DNA of 64,000 bases from Octopus vulgaris (GCA_951406725.2 OX597839.1:38812001-38876000), one strand, 5' to 3'. Shown: positions 41,094 through 56,599, numbered from the stretch's first letter. Notes: generated by a model not told the origin, from the letters alone. Numbers and translations are program-made.

Positions 41094-41837
41094 CAGTTGT
41101 CCGTCTTTTCGTATCCACGTGAATGCGCGCGCGAGCGTGAGAAGTGTATGGAATTATTATTGTCTTTCACTTTCCCACAATCCTTCGCGCGATGCTTTTG
41201 TTGTTGTTGTTGTTTCTGAAACAACTTCGATCGCCATTATTTCCTTCGCTGTCCATATTCCTCTCGAGAATTTTACTAATTCTTTTGCTGAAGGCAATGT
41301 ATTGATTTCTGTTTTATATTGATCAAGTTGATTGATAAAATCGCTTATAGGTGAATTCAAACTGTTTGTTTAGTTGAAAAAAAAAAAACAAAAAAAAACT
41401 AAAGAACAAAACTGCTACCACTTATCTATCATACGGACGGATTCTTTGCGATTTAGCGAGGACATCTTCTTTCAGGTTTCTTTGATATCGGATACATTTT
41501 TATTATGCTACGATATTTTGCTTTAATATTTCACTCAGTTATTGGCGAAGGCGCGAAGAGGGGTTTCGTCGATTTGATCGACACCGAGTACTTCACTGCC
41601 ACTTTATTTTATCGATCTCGAAAGGATGAAAAGAAAATTCGACCTCGGCAGCGTTTGAACTGAGAACACAAATAACTGGAAGAGATGTCGCTAAGCATTT
41701 TGTTCGACACACTAACGATTTTGCCTGTTCGACACAAAGTTGACATCCCAACTTTGCCAGAACGATTACCACCCATGTATTTAATTTTTTTCTCTCCATA
41801 TAACTTCGTTTCATTTTGAAAATGTGGCAAGTAGCCA

Positions 41838-42232
41838 GGCGCAGGAGTGGCTGTGTGGTAAGTAGCTTGGCTACCAACAACATGGTTCTGGGTTCAGTCC
41901 CACTGCGTGGCACCTTGGGCAAGTCTCTTCTGCTATAGCCTCGAGTCGTCCAAAGCCTTGTGAGTGGATTTGGTAGACGGAAACTGAAAGAAGCCCGTCA
42001 TATATATGTATATGTGTGTGTGTATATTTGAGTGTCTGTGTTTGTCCCCCAACATCGCTTGACAACCGATGCTGGTGTGTTTACGTCTCCGTAACTTAAC
42101 GGTTCGGCAAAAGAGACCGATAGAATAAGTACTAGGCTTACAAAGAATACGTCCTGGGGTCGATTTTCTCGACTAAAGGCGGTGCTCCAGCATAGCCACA
42201 GTCAAATGACTGAAACGAGTAAAAAGAGAGTA
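41838..42232 (+). mobile_element. SINE family A, full length
   Basis: ggcgcaggagtggctgtgtggtaag...gggttcagtccc...aaatgactgaaac. Confidence 0.9.
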
Positions 42233-42261
42233 ATCTGCTGTGTTTAGTTTAATCTTTTCTG

Positions 42262-42460
42262 CTCTTGGCACAAGGCCCGAAATTTTTCGGGAAGGGGACC
42301 AGTCGATTAGATCGACCTCAGTACGCAACTGGTACTTAATTTATCGACCCCGAAAGCATGAAAGCCAAAGTCGACCTCGACAGAATTTGAACTCGAAACG
42401 TAAAGACAGATGAAATACCGCTAAGCATTTCGTGCTAACGTTTCTGTCAGCTCGCCGCCT
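42262..42460 (-). mobile_element. SINE family B
   Basis: Match to family. Flanked by the direct repeat tgctgtgtttagtttaat (42237 and 42461), a candidate TSD. Confidence 0.85.
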
Positions 42461-42583
42461 TGCTGTGTTTAGTTTAATGGCCCATTAATGTATACAGTGA
42501 GTTTCTTTGCCCTAGGAGTTGGGAAGACACACGGCAAGAAATGGAAACAAAATTGAAAGAAGAGAAACTAATAATAATAATAA

Positions 42584-42635
<52 letters not shown>

Positions 42636-42637
<2 letters not shown>

Positions 42638-43123
42638 GGTCACAGAAAACGAGAAAGCAACCATACTCTGGGATATGCCAATACACACAGATAGAGAAAT
42701 TAAAGCCAACAGACCAGATATAGTTGTCAGAGATCATGAAGAAAAAAAATGATTTTCTAATTGATGTATCAATACCAGCGGATGACAACGTGTCTCTAAA
42801 AGAAATGGAGAAACTTTCAAAATACAAAGACCTGGAAATAGAGGTAACCAGAATGTGGAATCTAAAAACAGAAACAATTCCTATCATAATAGGTGCATTA
42901 GGCATGATAAAAAAATATTCAGACAAATACATAACAAAAACACCAGGACTTACAAACCCATATAACATACAGAAAATTGCACTACTAGGCACTGCACACA
43001 TCCTACGCAGAACACTTTCCATACAATAACCATCAGAGCATCCCAACAAATCACAGCACATACCCAAGGCACACAGAGCTGCGCTCGGTAGTGAAGTGAA
43101 AGCACGATATAAAAAATATACTA

Positions 43124-43126
<3 letters not shown>
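42636..43126 (+). mobile_element. 5'-truncated R4/Dong-like LINE, REL endonuclease domain
   Basis: ILWDMPIHTDREIKANRPDIVVRD../FLIDVSIPADDNVSLKEMEKLSKYKDL...GTAHILRRTLSIQ* (RPD-D-K motif), with one frameshift in an A-run. (AAT)n on both sides. Confidence 0.9.
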
Positions 43127-43174
<48 letters not shown>

Positions 43175-43177
<3 letters not shown>

Positions 43178-43440
43178 CGCTCTGATGCAATACCAGGCAT
43201 TGGCTCTCATAGCTTCTAACCATAACTGATTGGGAGTTTTAACATGTACATGTTTGTTTTTATATAAAAGATGGACTACAGCAAATATTCTGCTCAATAC
43301 CACAGATTTGCTTGACAGTTGTTTGACCTTAACTAGTTGAGCAATTAGTGGTTGATGAGATGTGCATTTCTGATCACGAGCAGAAGCAGTTGGGGAGAAT
43401 CATAGCCATGTGTTGAGAGGAATTCTCTGGGGATTTAAAC
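43175..43440. repeat. (AAT)n-associated non-coding interspersed repeat
   Basis: Homologous to 48865-49365 (gctacagcaaatattctgctcaataccacagatttgcttg). Both copies abut (AAT)n. Confidence 0.75.
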
Positions 43441-43564
43441 AATGCGGTGCCCCAGCATGGCCACAGCTCATAAGCTGAAACTAGAATCAATCAATCAAAT
43501 TCACATCTGGAGACATGGGTGTTTCGTTCATCATCCCGAAACAACCTTTCTTCAGGGACACACA

Positions 43565-43624
<60 letters not shown>

Positions 43625-43629
<5 letters not shown>

Positions 43630-43787
43630 TGGGCTTCTTTCAGTTTCCGTCTACCAAATCCATTCACAAGGCTTTGGTCGGCCCGAGGCTATAGTAGAAG
43701 ACAGTTGCCCAAGGTGTTACGTAGTGGGACTGAACCCAGAACCATGTGGTTAGTAAGCAAGCTTCTTACCACACAGCCACTCCTGCG

Positions 43788-43788
<1 letters not shown>
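43625..43788 (-). mobile_element. SINE family A 5' half
   Basis: Match to family. Confidence 0.85.
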
Positions 43789-43827
<39 letters not shown>

Positions 43828-43833
<6 letters not shown>

Positions 43834-44092
43834 GTAAAAAGTGAAAAAACTACAGAAGGCTTAAATGTTAAAAAATATATATTTGCGTCAATATGTCTGA
43901 AGAATATAAAAAATTTTTCTCTTATAATGACATAATTTAGAAGAAAGACCGGTTTCGCGTTTAGCTTTTCAAATTTCTTGCGACGTTATGTGACGAAATT
44001 TGAAAAGCTAAACGCGAAACCGGTTTTTCTTCTAAATTATGTCATTATAAGAGAAAATATATATTCAACCACGTGCTTTCACAAACCAACTT
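43828..44092. repeat. Foldback element family H4 copy 2
   Basis: Arms 43915-43977 and 43995-44057. The rest matches 24832-25112 in reverse orientation. Confidence 0.85.
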
Positions 44093-44104
44093 AGTTTTTT
44101 CTTT

Positions 44105-44142
<38 letters not shown>

Positions 44143-44143
44143 T

Positions 44144-44210
<67 letters not shown>

Positions 44211-44629
44211 CATACATACCTACATACATACATATATATGTGTGTGTGTTTATATATATATGTGCTTTTGTGTCTTCTTTACTCAAGGTATCAACTCTCG
44301 TATTCGTTAACAATAAATGTTTAACAATATTTAGCGACAAGTCGGAAGCATTACATCCGTCTATGAAACTTCCTCGATGGAACTGGTTGATAAAGAGGCT
44401 GGTTGGTTGGATGGTTGGGACCAGAAGAAACTCGGTCGCGTATTCCTTTGCTGCTTGCTGTGCTGCAGTGTCTAAAAGAGTTAACGCTGTTTCCTTTCTT
44501 CGTTTGCATTCGAAGACTTTCAACAAGAAGAAGGTATTTTGGCAAATAAAACCAAAATGGAATTGGAATTAATAAGGAATCTTCTGTTAGATCAAGAACA
44601 CGGATAGCTGCAGGCATCTATGGAATGTA

Positions 44630-44747
44630 GTAGTGGTGGTGGTGGTGGTGGTGGTGGTGATAGTCGTGGTAGTCGCAGTTCTAGAGATAGTAATCGTTGG
44701 AGTAGCAGATGTGGTTATACTAGAAGTTGTGGTGGTAGTAGTAGTAA

Positions 44748-44778
<31 letters not shown>

Positions 44779-44867
44779 TGCAGTCTTATTGGAGAGCGTA
44801 GTAGTAGGGATAGCGTTAGCAGCTGTTAGGTTCACTGTTGTAGTACATAGCTGTTGCTTGGTCCATT

Positions 44868-44905
<38 letters not shown>

Positions 44906-44941
44906 GGTAGTAGTTGTAGTGGTAGTTGGAATCCTTTTAGC

Positions 44942-44988
<47 letters not shown>

Positions 44989-45375
44989 CAGCAATACTAG
45001 TAGTAGTAGTAGTAACAGCACCAACATTAGTAGTAATAGTAGTGGTAGCATCAGCAGCAACACTAGTAGCAGTAGTAGTAGTAATATCAGCAGCAACACT
45101 AGTAGTGGTAGTAGCAGTAGTAGTCTCAGCAGCAACACTAGTAGCAGTAGCAGTTGTTGTAGTAGTAGTAGTAGTAGCAGTAGCAGTAGTAGTAGTAGCA
45201 TCAGCAGCAACACTTGTAGTAGTAGTAGTAGTAGTAATATCAGTAGCAAAACTAGTAGCAGTTGTGGTACTAGTAGTAGTAGTAGCAGTAGCATCAGCAG
45301 CAACACGTGTAGTAGTAGCAGTTGTAGTAGTAGTCGTGGATGTGGTAGTAGTGGCTGTGGTAGTAGTAGTAGCAC

Positions 45376-45411
<36 letters not shown>

Positions 45412-45455
45412 CAGTAGCAGTTGTAGTAGTAGTCGTGGCTGTGGTAGTAGTGGCT

Positions 45456-45514
<59 letters not shown>

Positions 45515-45777
45515 TGCCATTGTTTTTTTTTTCCTGCAGTGTTCCCGCTGTTGCTGCTGATGTAGTTTGGTCGTTACTGATGTTGCTGTTGTTGCTATTG
45601 TGGTTGTGGTTGTCGTTGTTGTTGTTGCTGCTGCAGTTGCTGTTGCTCCTTCTGCACATGCCCTTACAGCATTCCAATGCAACTGCCGTTGTTGTTGTTG
45701 TTGTTGTTGTTGTTATAGCTGCAACTGCAATTGTCGTTGTTGTCACACTACTTGCAGTTGTTGTCACTGAAACTGCC

Positions 45778-45822
<45 letters not shown>

Positions 45823-45998
45823 GTTGTTGTTGCTGTCGTTGTTGTTGCTGTTATTGTCGGGGTCATTATTATTATTAGTAAAAAAATTATTTGCGTTTTT
45901 ACTCATCATCATCATCATCATCATCATCATATTATTATTATCATTATCATTATTATTGTTGTTGTTGTTGTTATTGCCGTTGTCATTGTAACCGTATG

Positions 45999-46074
<76 letters not shown>

Positions 46075-46075
46075 G

Positions 46076-46113
<38 letters not shown>

Positions 46114-46120
46114 GCTGCTG

Positions 46121-46154
<34 letters not shown>

Positions 46155-46171
46155 AGCTGCTGCTGCTGCTG

Positions 46172-46206
<35 letters not shown>

Positions 46207-46222
46207 GCTGCTGCTGCGGCTG

Positions 46223-46263
<41 letters not shown>

Positions 46264-46265
46264 GT
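44630..46265. repeat. Mosaic trinucleotide field (AGT/GGT/GTT/ATT/CAT/ACT/GCT)
   Basis: Direct inspection. Recurrent atcagcagcaacact subunit. Confidence 0.9.
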
Positions 46266-47249
46266 TTTCGTTGTTGTTGTCGATATCTTTTTGCCTGAAG
46301 CCAGAAACAACCACAATTTTTTTTTTTAAATTAAAAGACATACCCTTCTCACTCTCCTTTTCTTCTTCTCTTTGACAGTACTGCTCCTGCTGTTTCCACC
46401 ACCACTACCATTTCTACTATTACTACTACTACTACTACTACTACAGCCCCTGTTGCTGCTGTTTCTGCCGCTGCTGTTTTTAAAAGGTCACGGATACCGT
46501 TTCCCCACTCACTTCTATATAATTATAGACGAACATGTATTGGGAAAGACGGATGGCTATAATTGAACATTTTACCGTATCACCTTTACAGGATATAATA
46601 GAATCGATGTACAATCACGCAGCAAGCTTCCATCTTTTCTCTTACAATGGCCGCCATTTTCGTTGCACAAAATACTCAATGGAAAATAAAAACAACAACA
46701 ACAAAAAGATAACCAACAACAAGAAAATGAATTCTAAAGTAGAGAGGGATGAGGAGTGATGGGTGAGGGGCAGTGTTCAGTGGTGTGGTGGAGTGTGGGG
46801 TGGGTGTGTGGGGGAATAGGATATCATCGTTTTAATTCAACCGAAAATTCTACAAAAATGACAAAAAAAAAAGAAAGAAAGAAAAAAGAAAAACAAAAGC
46901 TTCACCTTCGGTTGCTAAACCACGCCGTAACACAATATCACCATGACCGTATAAGTCATCACCATCAGCTGAACCATCGCAACCATCATGACCATCGACA
47001 CCATCACCATCACCGCCGCCACCACTACGGCCGCCGCCGCCACCACTACCGCCGCCGCCGTCACCACCACCACCACCACCACCACCACCACCACCACGTC
47101 ACAGCGTTTTCCAACGCTGTAATAATAACTGCCTTCGTCATAGTTATCATTAATTCAGTGACCACCATCTGATATAGCATCAGTAGCCATCCCTACATAG
47201 TTCTCTTCATATTCATAAATGCTTTCGATATATACATATATATGTAAAT

Positions 47250-47612
47250 ATGGTTCCGGGTTCAGTCCCACTGTGTGGCACCTTGGGCAAGTGTCTTCTA
47301 CTATAGCCTCGGGCCGATCAAAGCCTTGTGAGTGGATTTGGTAGACGGAAACTGAAAGAAGCCCGTCGTATCTATGTATATATATATATATGTATGTGTA
47401 TGTATACGTTTGTATTTGTGTTTGTCCTCCCAACATCGCTTGACAACCGATGCTGTTGTGTCTATGTCCCCGTAACTTAGCGGTTCGGCAAGAGAGACCG
47501 ATAGAATAAGTACTAGGCTTACAAAGAATAAGTCCTGTGGTCGATTTGCTCGACTAAAGGCGGTGCTCCAGCATGGCCACAGTCAAATGACTGAAACAAG
47601 TAAAAGAGTAAA
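47250..47612 (+). mobile_element. SINE family A
   Basis: Match to family, 5' truncated. Confidence 0.9.
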
Positions 47613-47802
47613 ATGTATGTATATATATATATATGTATGTATGTATGTATGTATATATTTGGATTTATATACATATACACACACATATATACATACCCAA
47701 ATGCATGTATATATGTATAGATACACATACATGGGGAGAGATGAAAGAGACTAATAAATATAAACTGATAATTAGATGAACAGACAGACATATAGGCATC
47801 GG

Positions 47803-47879
<77 letters not shown>

Positions 47880-47929
47880 TATCATCATCATCACTATCAT
47901 TATTATTATAAGATAATAATAATGAAGAA

Positions 47930-48705
47930 GCTAATGAATCAAAGCTAAATGGTCCAAGTCTAGCGAAAGCTGTAAATACTTGTGCCGTGGCGTTACTTAG
48001 ATGTTCAGCAGCTTTTGTAGACTGGACAACGTTTGAATTAGCAAATCTAGACAGAACTAGGAAAGAATTTAATACGAATGGGGGATTTCACCCAAGAGCA
48101 GGAGTAACAAGATTATACTTATCTACAGAGAAAGGTGGAAGAGGGTTAATAGCAGTAGAAGACTGCGTGGAGTTAGCTAAAGTAAGTGTACCATGCTATG
48201 TAGGTAATAGTGAAGAAAATCTATTAAGAGCCGCTAGAGTAAGAGTAGGACATAGGGGAAACCAAAAAGCCCAATGAAATTAAAAACCAGAAAAAAGCAG
48301 AAAGAATATTTGATCATGTTGTCTCCATGTGCAGTCTTCTTGCGTCTACAGGGTATCTCAACAGGCATGATAGAGCTGCACAATATATTCACGGGGTAAT
48401 TTGCACGGGGTAATTTCCTGCTCAGAATCCACGAAATCACAAAATGGCAGAAATTCAAAAGAAAGTGCTCATAGGAACTGCCCACATCCTACATAAAATA
48501 CTGTCTATGTAATCTCAAAATTTTAAAACAAACTTAGAATTTTCTTGTTTTCTTAAACATTCTCTAGAACAATACTATGTGCAAAACCAAACATATGGCA
48601 CCCTAGTCACAACACCAACTAGAACTTCTAACTTATCTCTTGAGGCCTTTGGGTGAGACTTAGAGAGTCAAGTTGTACAAGTACAAAGCAAAAGTAAAAC
48701 ATATA
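47930..48705 (+). mobile_element. R4/Dong-like LINE fragments (post-RT region and 3' end)
   Basis: VDWTTFELANLDR..GFHPRAGVTRLYLSTEKGGRGLIAVED and EIQKKVLIGTAHILHKILSM*. Between (AAT)n tracts. Confidence 0.8.
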
Positions 48706-48713
48706 ACAACAAC

Positions 48714-48761
<48 letters not shown>

Positions 48762-48864
48762 TTTGGGATAAGGGCCTAGTCAATTACACTGACCCCGAGC
48801 CCAACTGGTACTTATTTCATCGACCCATAAAGGATAAAAGGCAAAGTGGACCACGGAGGAAATT

Positions 48865-49365
48865 GAAAGTGTTATCATGTACATTGTTTTGTCTTGGTAT
48901 AAAAGATGGGCTACAGCAAATATTCTGCTCAATACCACAGATTTGCTTGTCAGTTGTTTGACCTTAACGAGTTGAGTATGTCCCTTGGTAGCTGACGATA
49001 TGTGCATCTCTGATCACGAGCAGAAGTAGTGAGGGAGCATCATAGCTGTGTGTTGAAAGGAATTTTTAGAGGTTTGAATAATTCACCTCTGGAAACATGG
49101 GTGTTTCGTTCAACATCCTTAAACAACCCTTATTCAGGGACCTTTTGAGCAGGATGGGTTACTCGACCAGAAGAAAATTCTAACTGGTCCCCACCTGCAA
49201 GGTCATGTGCTGTTTATCTTGATATGAGATCACCATGTTGCGCAGATATGGTTGTGATGCATGTGCCTAGTGTAACCTTATCACACAGGTAGTCATGATG
49301 GGTATATTGGGCCTCGTATATTTTATCCCGGTGTCACTTTGATGGCATGCACTGCTCTCTCACTC
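48865..49365. repeat. (AAT)n-associated interspersed repeat
   Basis: Homolog of 43175-43440. Ends ctctcactc(aat)n. Confidence 0.75.
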
Positions 49366-49438
<73 letters not shown>

Positions 49439-49620
49439 GGAGAAAATGGAGGGAAAGATCGGAATCGTAAAAGTAGAACCATAAAACTAAAAGAGAGAGA
49501 AAGGAGGTGGAAGATGATGAGAATAAGTAGATACTAAAGAAGCGGGGGAGAGAACAGGAGACAAAAGTACATAGGCATAAATAAAACCGTACATACATAG
49601 ATATATACGTACATTCGTAC

Positions 49621-49666
<46 letters not shown>

Positions 49667-49966
49667 TTCAAACGTATATACATACATATCATACATAGAC
49701 TCATACATATAAGCACATGTATATATATATACATATACATATATATATATACCACACACACTTACAAACACACACACATATATATATATATATATGCATT
49801 TATGCATTCTTACTTACAAATACATACATACAGGTACATACAGTCATACATACGTACAAATATATATGTACTGATCTATCTTCATTGGACACAAATACAT
49901 GCATGCGTGCATATATACATGCATACATAGATATATATATATACAGGCACAGAATTCCATACATAT

Positions 49967-50009
<43 letters not shown>

Positions 50010-50704
50010 CGTTCATACATACGTACTTACGTACATGCGCATACATATGTAGTCATCTATCTTCATTGCTCATACATACACATATACACATACATACATA
50101 CACATACATACATACATACATACATACATACACACATACATACATACATATACACACGTATAGGCACATGCACACCATATATAGACACTTACATACATAT
50201 TCATAGTCATGCATACGTGCTTACATACATACACATACATATGTAGTGATCTATCTTCATTGCATATACATACATAAACGCATGCATACATACATACATA
50301 CATACATACATACATACATACATACATACATACATGCATACATCCATCCATACATACATACATACATACATAAATACATACAGAGAGAAAGACAGACAGA
50401 CAGACATAGAGACAAATAGACAAACAGACAGACAGACAGTCAAACAAAACAGTCATCCACAGTTGTCTTTCTTCAATACAAAAATTTTTTTTTCTCTTGT
50501 ATCATATTTTCACTTAGGAAATTTGAATTCTTCCACTTGGTTGCTGCCATATAAAAGGATGTGCCATAAAAACTTCCTTATAGACACATCTCCAAGTTTT
50601 ATGGTAGACATTCTGCCAACACATATCAAATAATTGGTGATCAAAAAGACAATTCTTGGGTGGTTTTTGGCAACTCTTTGATGCGGAAGATGTCTACTTT
50701 ATAA

Positions 50705-50741
<37 letters not shown>

Positions 50742-50895
50742 GCGTTTTGTTACAATAATCAGTATTTATCTGTTCTCTCTGTGTTGTATATGAATGTGTG
50801 TGTGAAAGTGTGCTTTTGTCTGTGTGTATATATATACACACACACACATATAAATATCTATATGAAGACATGTCTACACATACACACATACATAT

Positions 50896-50945
<50 letters not shown>

Positions 50946-51100
50946 TACACACACACATATATATACATATATAGATACAGATACGTGTATACATGTATAT
51001 ACACACTCATATATGCATGTGTGCTTATATATATATATGTATGTATAATTACATAAGCATGCAGATACATATGTGTGTGTGTATACATATACATACATAC

Positions 51101-51131
<31 letters not shown>

Positions 51132-51683
51132 AAGAGGAGTGTGAGAGAGAGAAGAAGAGAAAGAGAACGGAGTGATACAAAGAAAGATGGCTTATGGTAT
51201 GTCAACTGCCAGAACAAGTCGTTGGTGATGTTTTGACAAAAAGAACGCGGTGGACCACAAAAATCGTCATGGCAGAATTCAATCCCTATCTCTGCCCTTA
51301 TTTCTCATTCATTCACTTCATTCTCCATTCACACCACATCTACCTAACCCACAACGATTTTCCCTCCACCCCCCCGACTCCTTTACATACTTCATACCAC
51401 TACCATTTGAATCCATTCTCACTCATACCTCTACCACCAACACAACTCTACTTTACACCGTCCTCAGTCAACCCCGTACTACACAACATCAAGCCGTACC
51501 ATACCATTCGCTCCACTAAATTCTACTGGTGTTGGTGGCATGGTAGCATGTTGGTATGGTGGTAGTGTTGTTGTTGTTGGAGACGGTGATCATAATGATG
51601 GTAGTGCGTGTGTGTGCGTGTGTATTTTTGTATACAATGTGTGTGTATATATATATATATATAGGCTTATATATATACATATA

Positions 51684-52342
<659 letters not shown>

Positions 52343-52399
52343 GAGAAAGAGAGAGAGATACATACACACGCGCACACTGTGCGTGGGCTACTTAATCAC

Positions 52400-52621
52400 T
52401 GTATTACTCTCTTCAAAGTAAATTAAAGGTTTGTATTGCTTTTACACACCTCATGGCTGATAAAATGCTAACAGAATGAACGAAAAAGACATGTTGTCGT
52501 ATGTGCGAAATACAATCGTTTTAGAAATTGTCAACTTTCTAAATGTTGCAAGATCTTTTGTATACAAAGTTCAGATGGAATTGGGAGCCTCTGATGGGAA
52601 TGTTTCAACTGTATCAAAGAG

Positions 52622-52703
<82 letters not shown>

Positions 52704-52712
52704 CTAGCTAGC

Positions 52713-52767
<55 letters not shown>

Positions 52768-52831
52768 ATAAATAGATTGATAGACAGATACACAGACAGA
52801 TAGATAGATAGATAGATAGATAGATACAGAC

Positions 52832-52862
<31 letters not shown>

Positions 52863-53557
52863 GAATGAAAAGTTATACGTGTTTCAATAAAACTCAGCAC
52901 CTTCTTACAGAGCTCACGTAACTCAAGAATGGCTGTCAGACAATCTTTACGATAATGTAAACACCAAACTTGTAGCCTTCGGATTCGCCCCATTTAAATC
53001 TCACGGTCAATTACGTTTGGAGCGTTATTGAAAGGGAGGTTTTATTCGATATTCTCACAATAAAATGGCTTCACTGGAAGCCATCATTGTCCAGGTGAAG
53101 TGAGAAACGAATAAAGGACCATTTAGCGCAGGCACGTCAGCGATTCCAGTCCCGCCATGACGCAGTCGTCGAAGCTGAAGGTATATTAAGGGAATAAGGC
53201 GGCGAGCTGGCAGAGACGTTAGCACGCCGGGTGAAATGTGTTGCCGTATTTCGTCTGCCGTTACGTTCTGAGTTCAAATTCCGCCGAGGTCGACTTTGCC
53301 TTTCATCCTTTCGGGGTCGATAAATTAAGTACCAGTTACGCACCGGGGTCGATGGAATCCCTTTGTCTGTCCTTGTTTGTCCCCTCTGTGTTTAGCCCCT
53401 TGTGGGTAGTAAAGAAATAGGTACATTAAGAGAATAACCTGATAAGAAAACATACACGGTACATTCGCTTAAATTTTAATTAAAATATATTTGGTTTTTG
53501 CTAGGTTTCGTTCATTAAATTTCCAAATTTGTCCTAAAATACCGCTTGCACCCTCTA
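52400..53557 (+). mobile_element. Tc1/mariner-superfamily transposon remnant interrupted by (GATA)n and a family-B SINE (53197-53423)
   Basis: N-term LEIVNFLNVARSFVYKVQMEL. C-term L*PSDSPHLNLTVNYVWSVIE resembles WPPxSPDLNPLDYYVW. TIR-like gcaccctcta end. Confidence 0.75.
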
Positions 53558-53662
53558 TACATCTGAGTATGTTTGTGTATATATATATATACACACACGT
53601 ACATGCATACTTACAAACACACACACACAGACACATACACACACACACATAATTATATATAT

Positions 53663-53892
53663 ATTTCTTTACTACCCACAAGGAGCTAAACAGAGAGGGG
53701 ACAAACAAGGACAGACAAACGGATTAAGTCGATTACATCGACCCCAGTGCGTAACTGGTACTTAATTTATCGACCCCGAAAGGATGAAAGGCAAAGTCGA
53801 CCTCGGCGGAATTTGAACTCGGAACGTAACGACAGATGAAATACAGCTACGCATTTCGTCCGGCGTGCTAACGACTCTGCCAGCTCGCCGCC
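53663..53892 (-). mobile_element. SINE family B, full length
   Basis: Match to family. Inverted relative to 53197-53423. Confidence 0.9.
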
Positions 53893-54339
53893 TATATAAT
53901 TATATATAGGTTTGGTGATTGCAAATAGGAAAAATAAGTGCCAATGCACGAAACTCCCGGCCCTTGTGTCGCTCTGTTGCTTGCCATAGAACAATATAGA
54001 AACCCAGGGTAACCCTATAAACAAGCCTTCGAAACGCGGAGTAGATGAAACAGGGACAACTGAAGAAGGGGAATATTCTTTATGTTGCTGGTCTCGTTTC
54101 TCTGGGGTTTTTTTTCGTTGTTCGAAAAAATGTTCGTTTTCTATGTTTTTGTTTTTATGTTTTCTTTTCTCATTGTGTTCAACGTTTGTTTTTTGATGTC
54201 CTGTACCCAAATATGCATGTATATATAAACGTAGATGTAGGTGTGTACATATATGTATGCATATATGCATATATTTATATATTATTTATATTATTATTTG
54301 ATCGAACGCCATGCATTCTTTTCCAAGTAGGTTTTACAT

Positions 54340-54374
<35 letters not shown>

Positions 54375-54535
54375 CATATATACATATATATATACACATA
54401 TATACATATATATATATACATATACACACATATACAAATACACACACACACATATATATACATATACACATACACACACAAATATATGTATACACATATA
54501 CATATATATATACATATATGCATATATATATACAC

Positions 54536-54576
<41 letters not shown>

Positions 54577-54601
54577 CACACATATACAAATACTCACACA
54601 C

Positions 54602-54660
<59 letters not shown>

Positions 54661-55329
54661 CACACACACACTCACACACACATACACACACACAAATATA
54701 TGTATACACATACACATATATATATATATATACATATGCATACACACATACATGCATAAGTATTTATAAATACATACACACGTAATAACATCAGTTTCGA
54801 CAATTGGATGCCTTCCAAGTGCATTCCGGTGAACAACAGCGAATTAGTCGCGTATAATTTGCGGAAGCTTCATTCAGCAAAGACCGGCATATCCCAGAAT
54901 GCTTTAGAATCAGATCTGGGTTTTGTAAACGGTCGTGGAACGCCTTTAGTGTTCCTACACGCCAGGAGTGGACTAGAGACAGAAAATACATTCTCTTTCA
55001 GAGAGGTATGCACCGTTACGACTGATTGTCTAACTAACTATATCTTGGTCTAACTAATTCAGTTAGCCTATCTATAAAACTGTCAATTTGTGCACAGCAA
55101 ACAGAAGTTTATTGTTTACCTTTTGAATATATGAGCGATTTATGTATATAGACGAATTTGAATACCGACACACGACACATACGCACACACACATGTTCAC
55201 ATGCGTATACACGTGTACACACATATTTATATATTCATATACACATGTGCACATACATATGGATGTGACGAAATATATGTCTCCGTGCGTATATATGTAT
55301 GTATGGTTCATACGCGTAGTGTAAATATG

Positions 55330-55364
<35 letters not shown>

Positions 55365-55536
55365 GTATATATATATATATACACACATATGCGTGTGTGT
55401 ATGTGTGTCTATTCATGAATATATATGAGTACATGTATAAACACATACATGCACAACACGCACGTGTATATAGAGAGATATGAATATACATAAGTGTACA
55501 CATAAACATATAAGTGTAAATATACGCATGTGTATA

Positions 55537-55575
<39 letters not shown>

Positions 55576-55611
55576 ACAATTGAGGGTAAAATTAATTAAT
55601 CAATTTCACAA

Positions 55612-55646
<35 letters not shown>

Positions 55647-55811
55647 CACAGACCCATATGTATACCTATCTATCTATCTATCTATCTATCTATCGATCTC
55701 TCAGTGTTATATATATATATATCTATCTATATGCATATAAGTATGTGTATGTATTTGTGTGTATATATATTCTCATACATATATGTGTACATATATACAT
55801 ATGCATGCATG

Positions 55812-55874
<63 letters not shown>

Positions 55875-55901
55875 CTATATATCTATATCTATCTATCTAC
55901 C

Positions 55902-55939
<38 letters not shown>

Positions 55940-56209
55940 TGCATGTATGAGAACATGTGTGTGTGTACACGCGCACACACACACAGACGCCCCACCCATG
56001 CAAATACACACATTAAACGGAACCCAACCATACGAAGAAAAATCAAATCAAAACCCTGAACAGACATTTTGCTTTACTTTATACCTTCGCCTCTTTATTG
56101 ACTGTTCATCTAATATCATTATTTCGGCAATACATACACCAAAATTATTACTGCTAGTACCGCCGGACAAAATGTTTGGCGGTATTTCATCCGTCCTGAC
56201 ATTTATAGA

Positions 56210-56380
56210 GGCGTAGGAGTGGCTGTGTGGTAAGTAGCTTGCGTACGAACCACAAGGTTCCGGGTTCAGTCCCACTGCGTTGCACCTTGGGCAAGTGTCT
56301 GCTACTATAGCCTCGGACCAACCAAAGCCTTGTGAGTGGATCTGGTAGACGGAAACTGAAAGAAGCCCGTCGTATATATG

Positions 56381-56431
<51 letters not shown>

Positions 56432-56432
56432 G

Positions 56433-56464
<32 letters not shown>

Positions 56465-56543
56465 TATATATATATGTATATATATATATATACATACATA
56501 TATATATCTACATATATACGACAGGCTTCTTTCAGCTTCCGTC

Positions 56544-56599
<56 letters not shown>

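Noticed and set aside
44488-44607. Protein-like frame CFLSSFAFEDFQQEEGILANKTKMELELIRNLLLDQEHG*
   Set aside because: In-frame stop immediately upstream and no usable acceptor in that phase.
44633-45682. Ser-rich and Thr-rich long ORFs
   Set aside because: Products of an (AGT)n mosaic, with no coding evidence.
54026-54071. Permuted (type II-like) hammerhead CCTTC GAAAC...CTGAAGA AGGGG, also at 57300-57345 and partly at 28451
   Set aside because: Core halves and a possible stem II are present, but no stem I can be formed in any copy.
54790-55020. Possible further HHR element (minus strand GAAACTGATGT)
   Set aside because: No convincing core or stem pairing found, so left unassigned.
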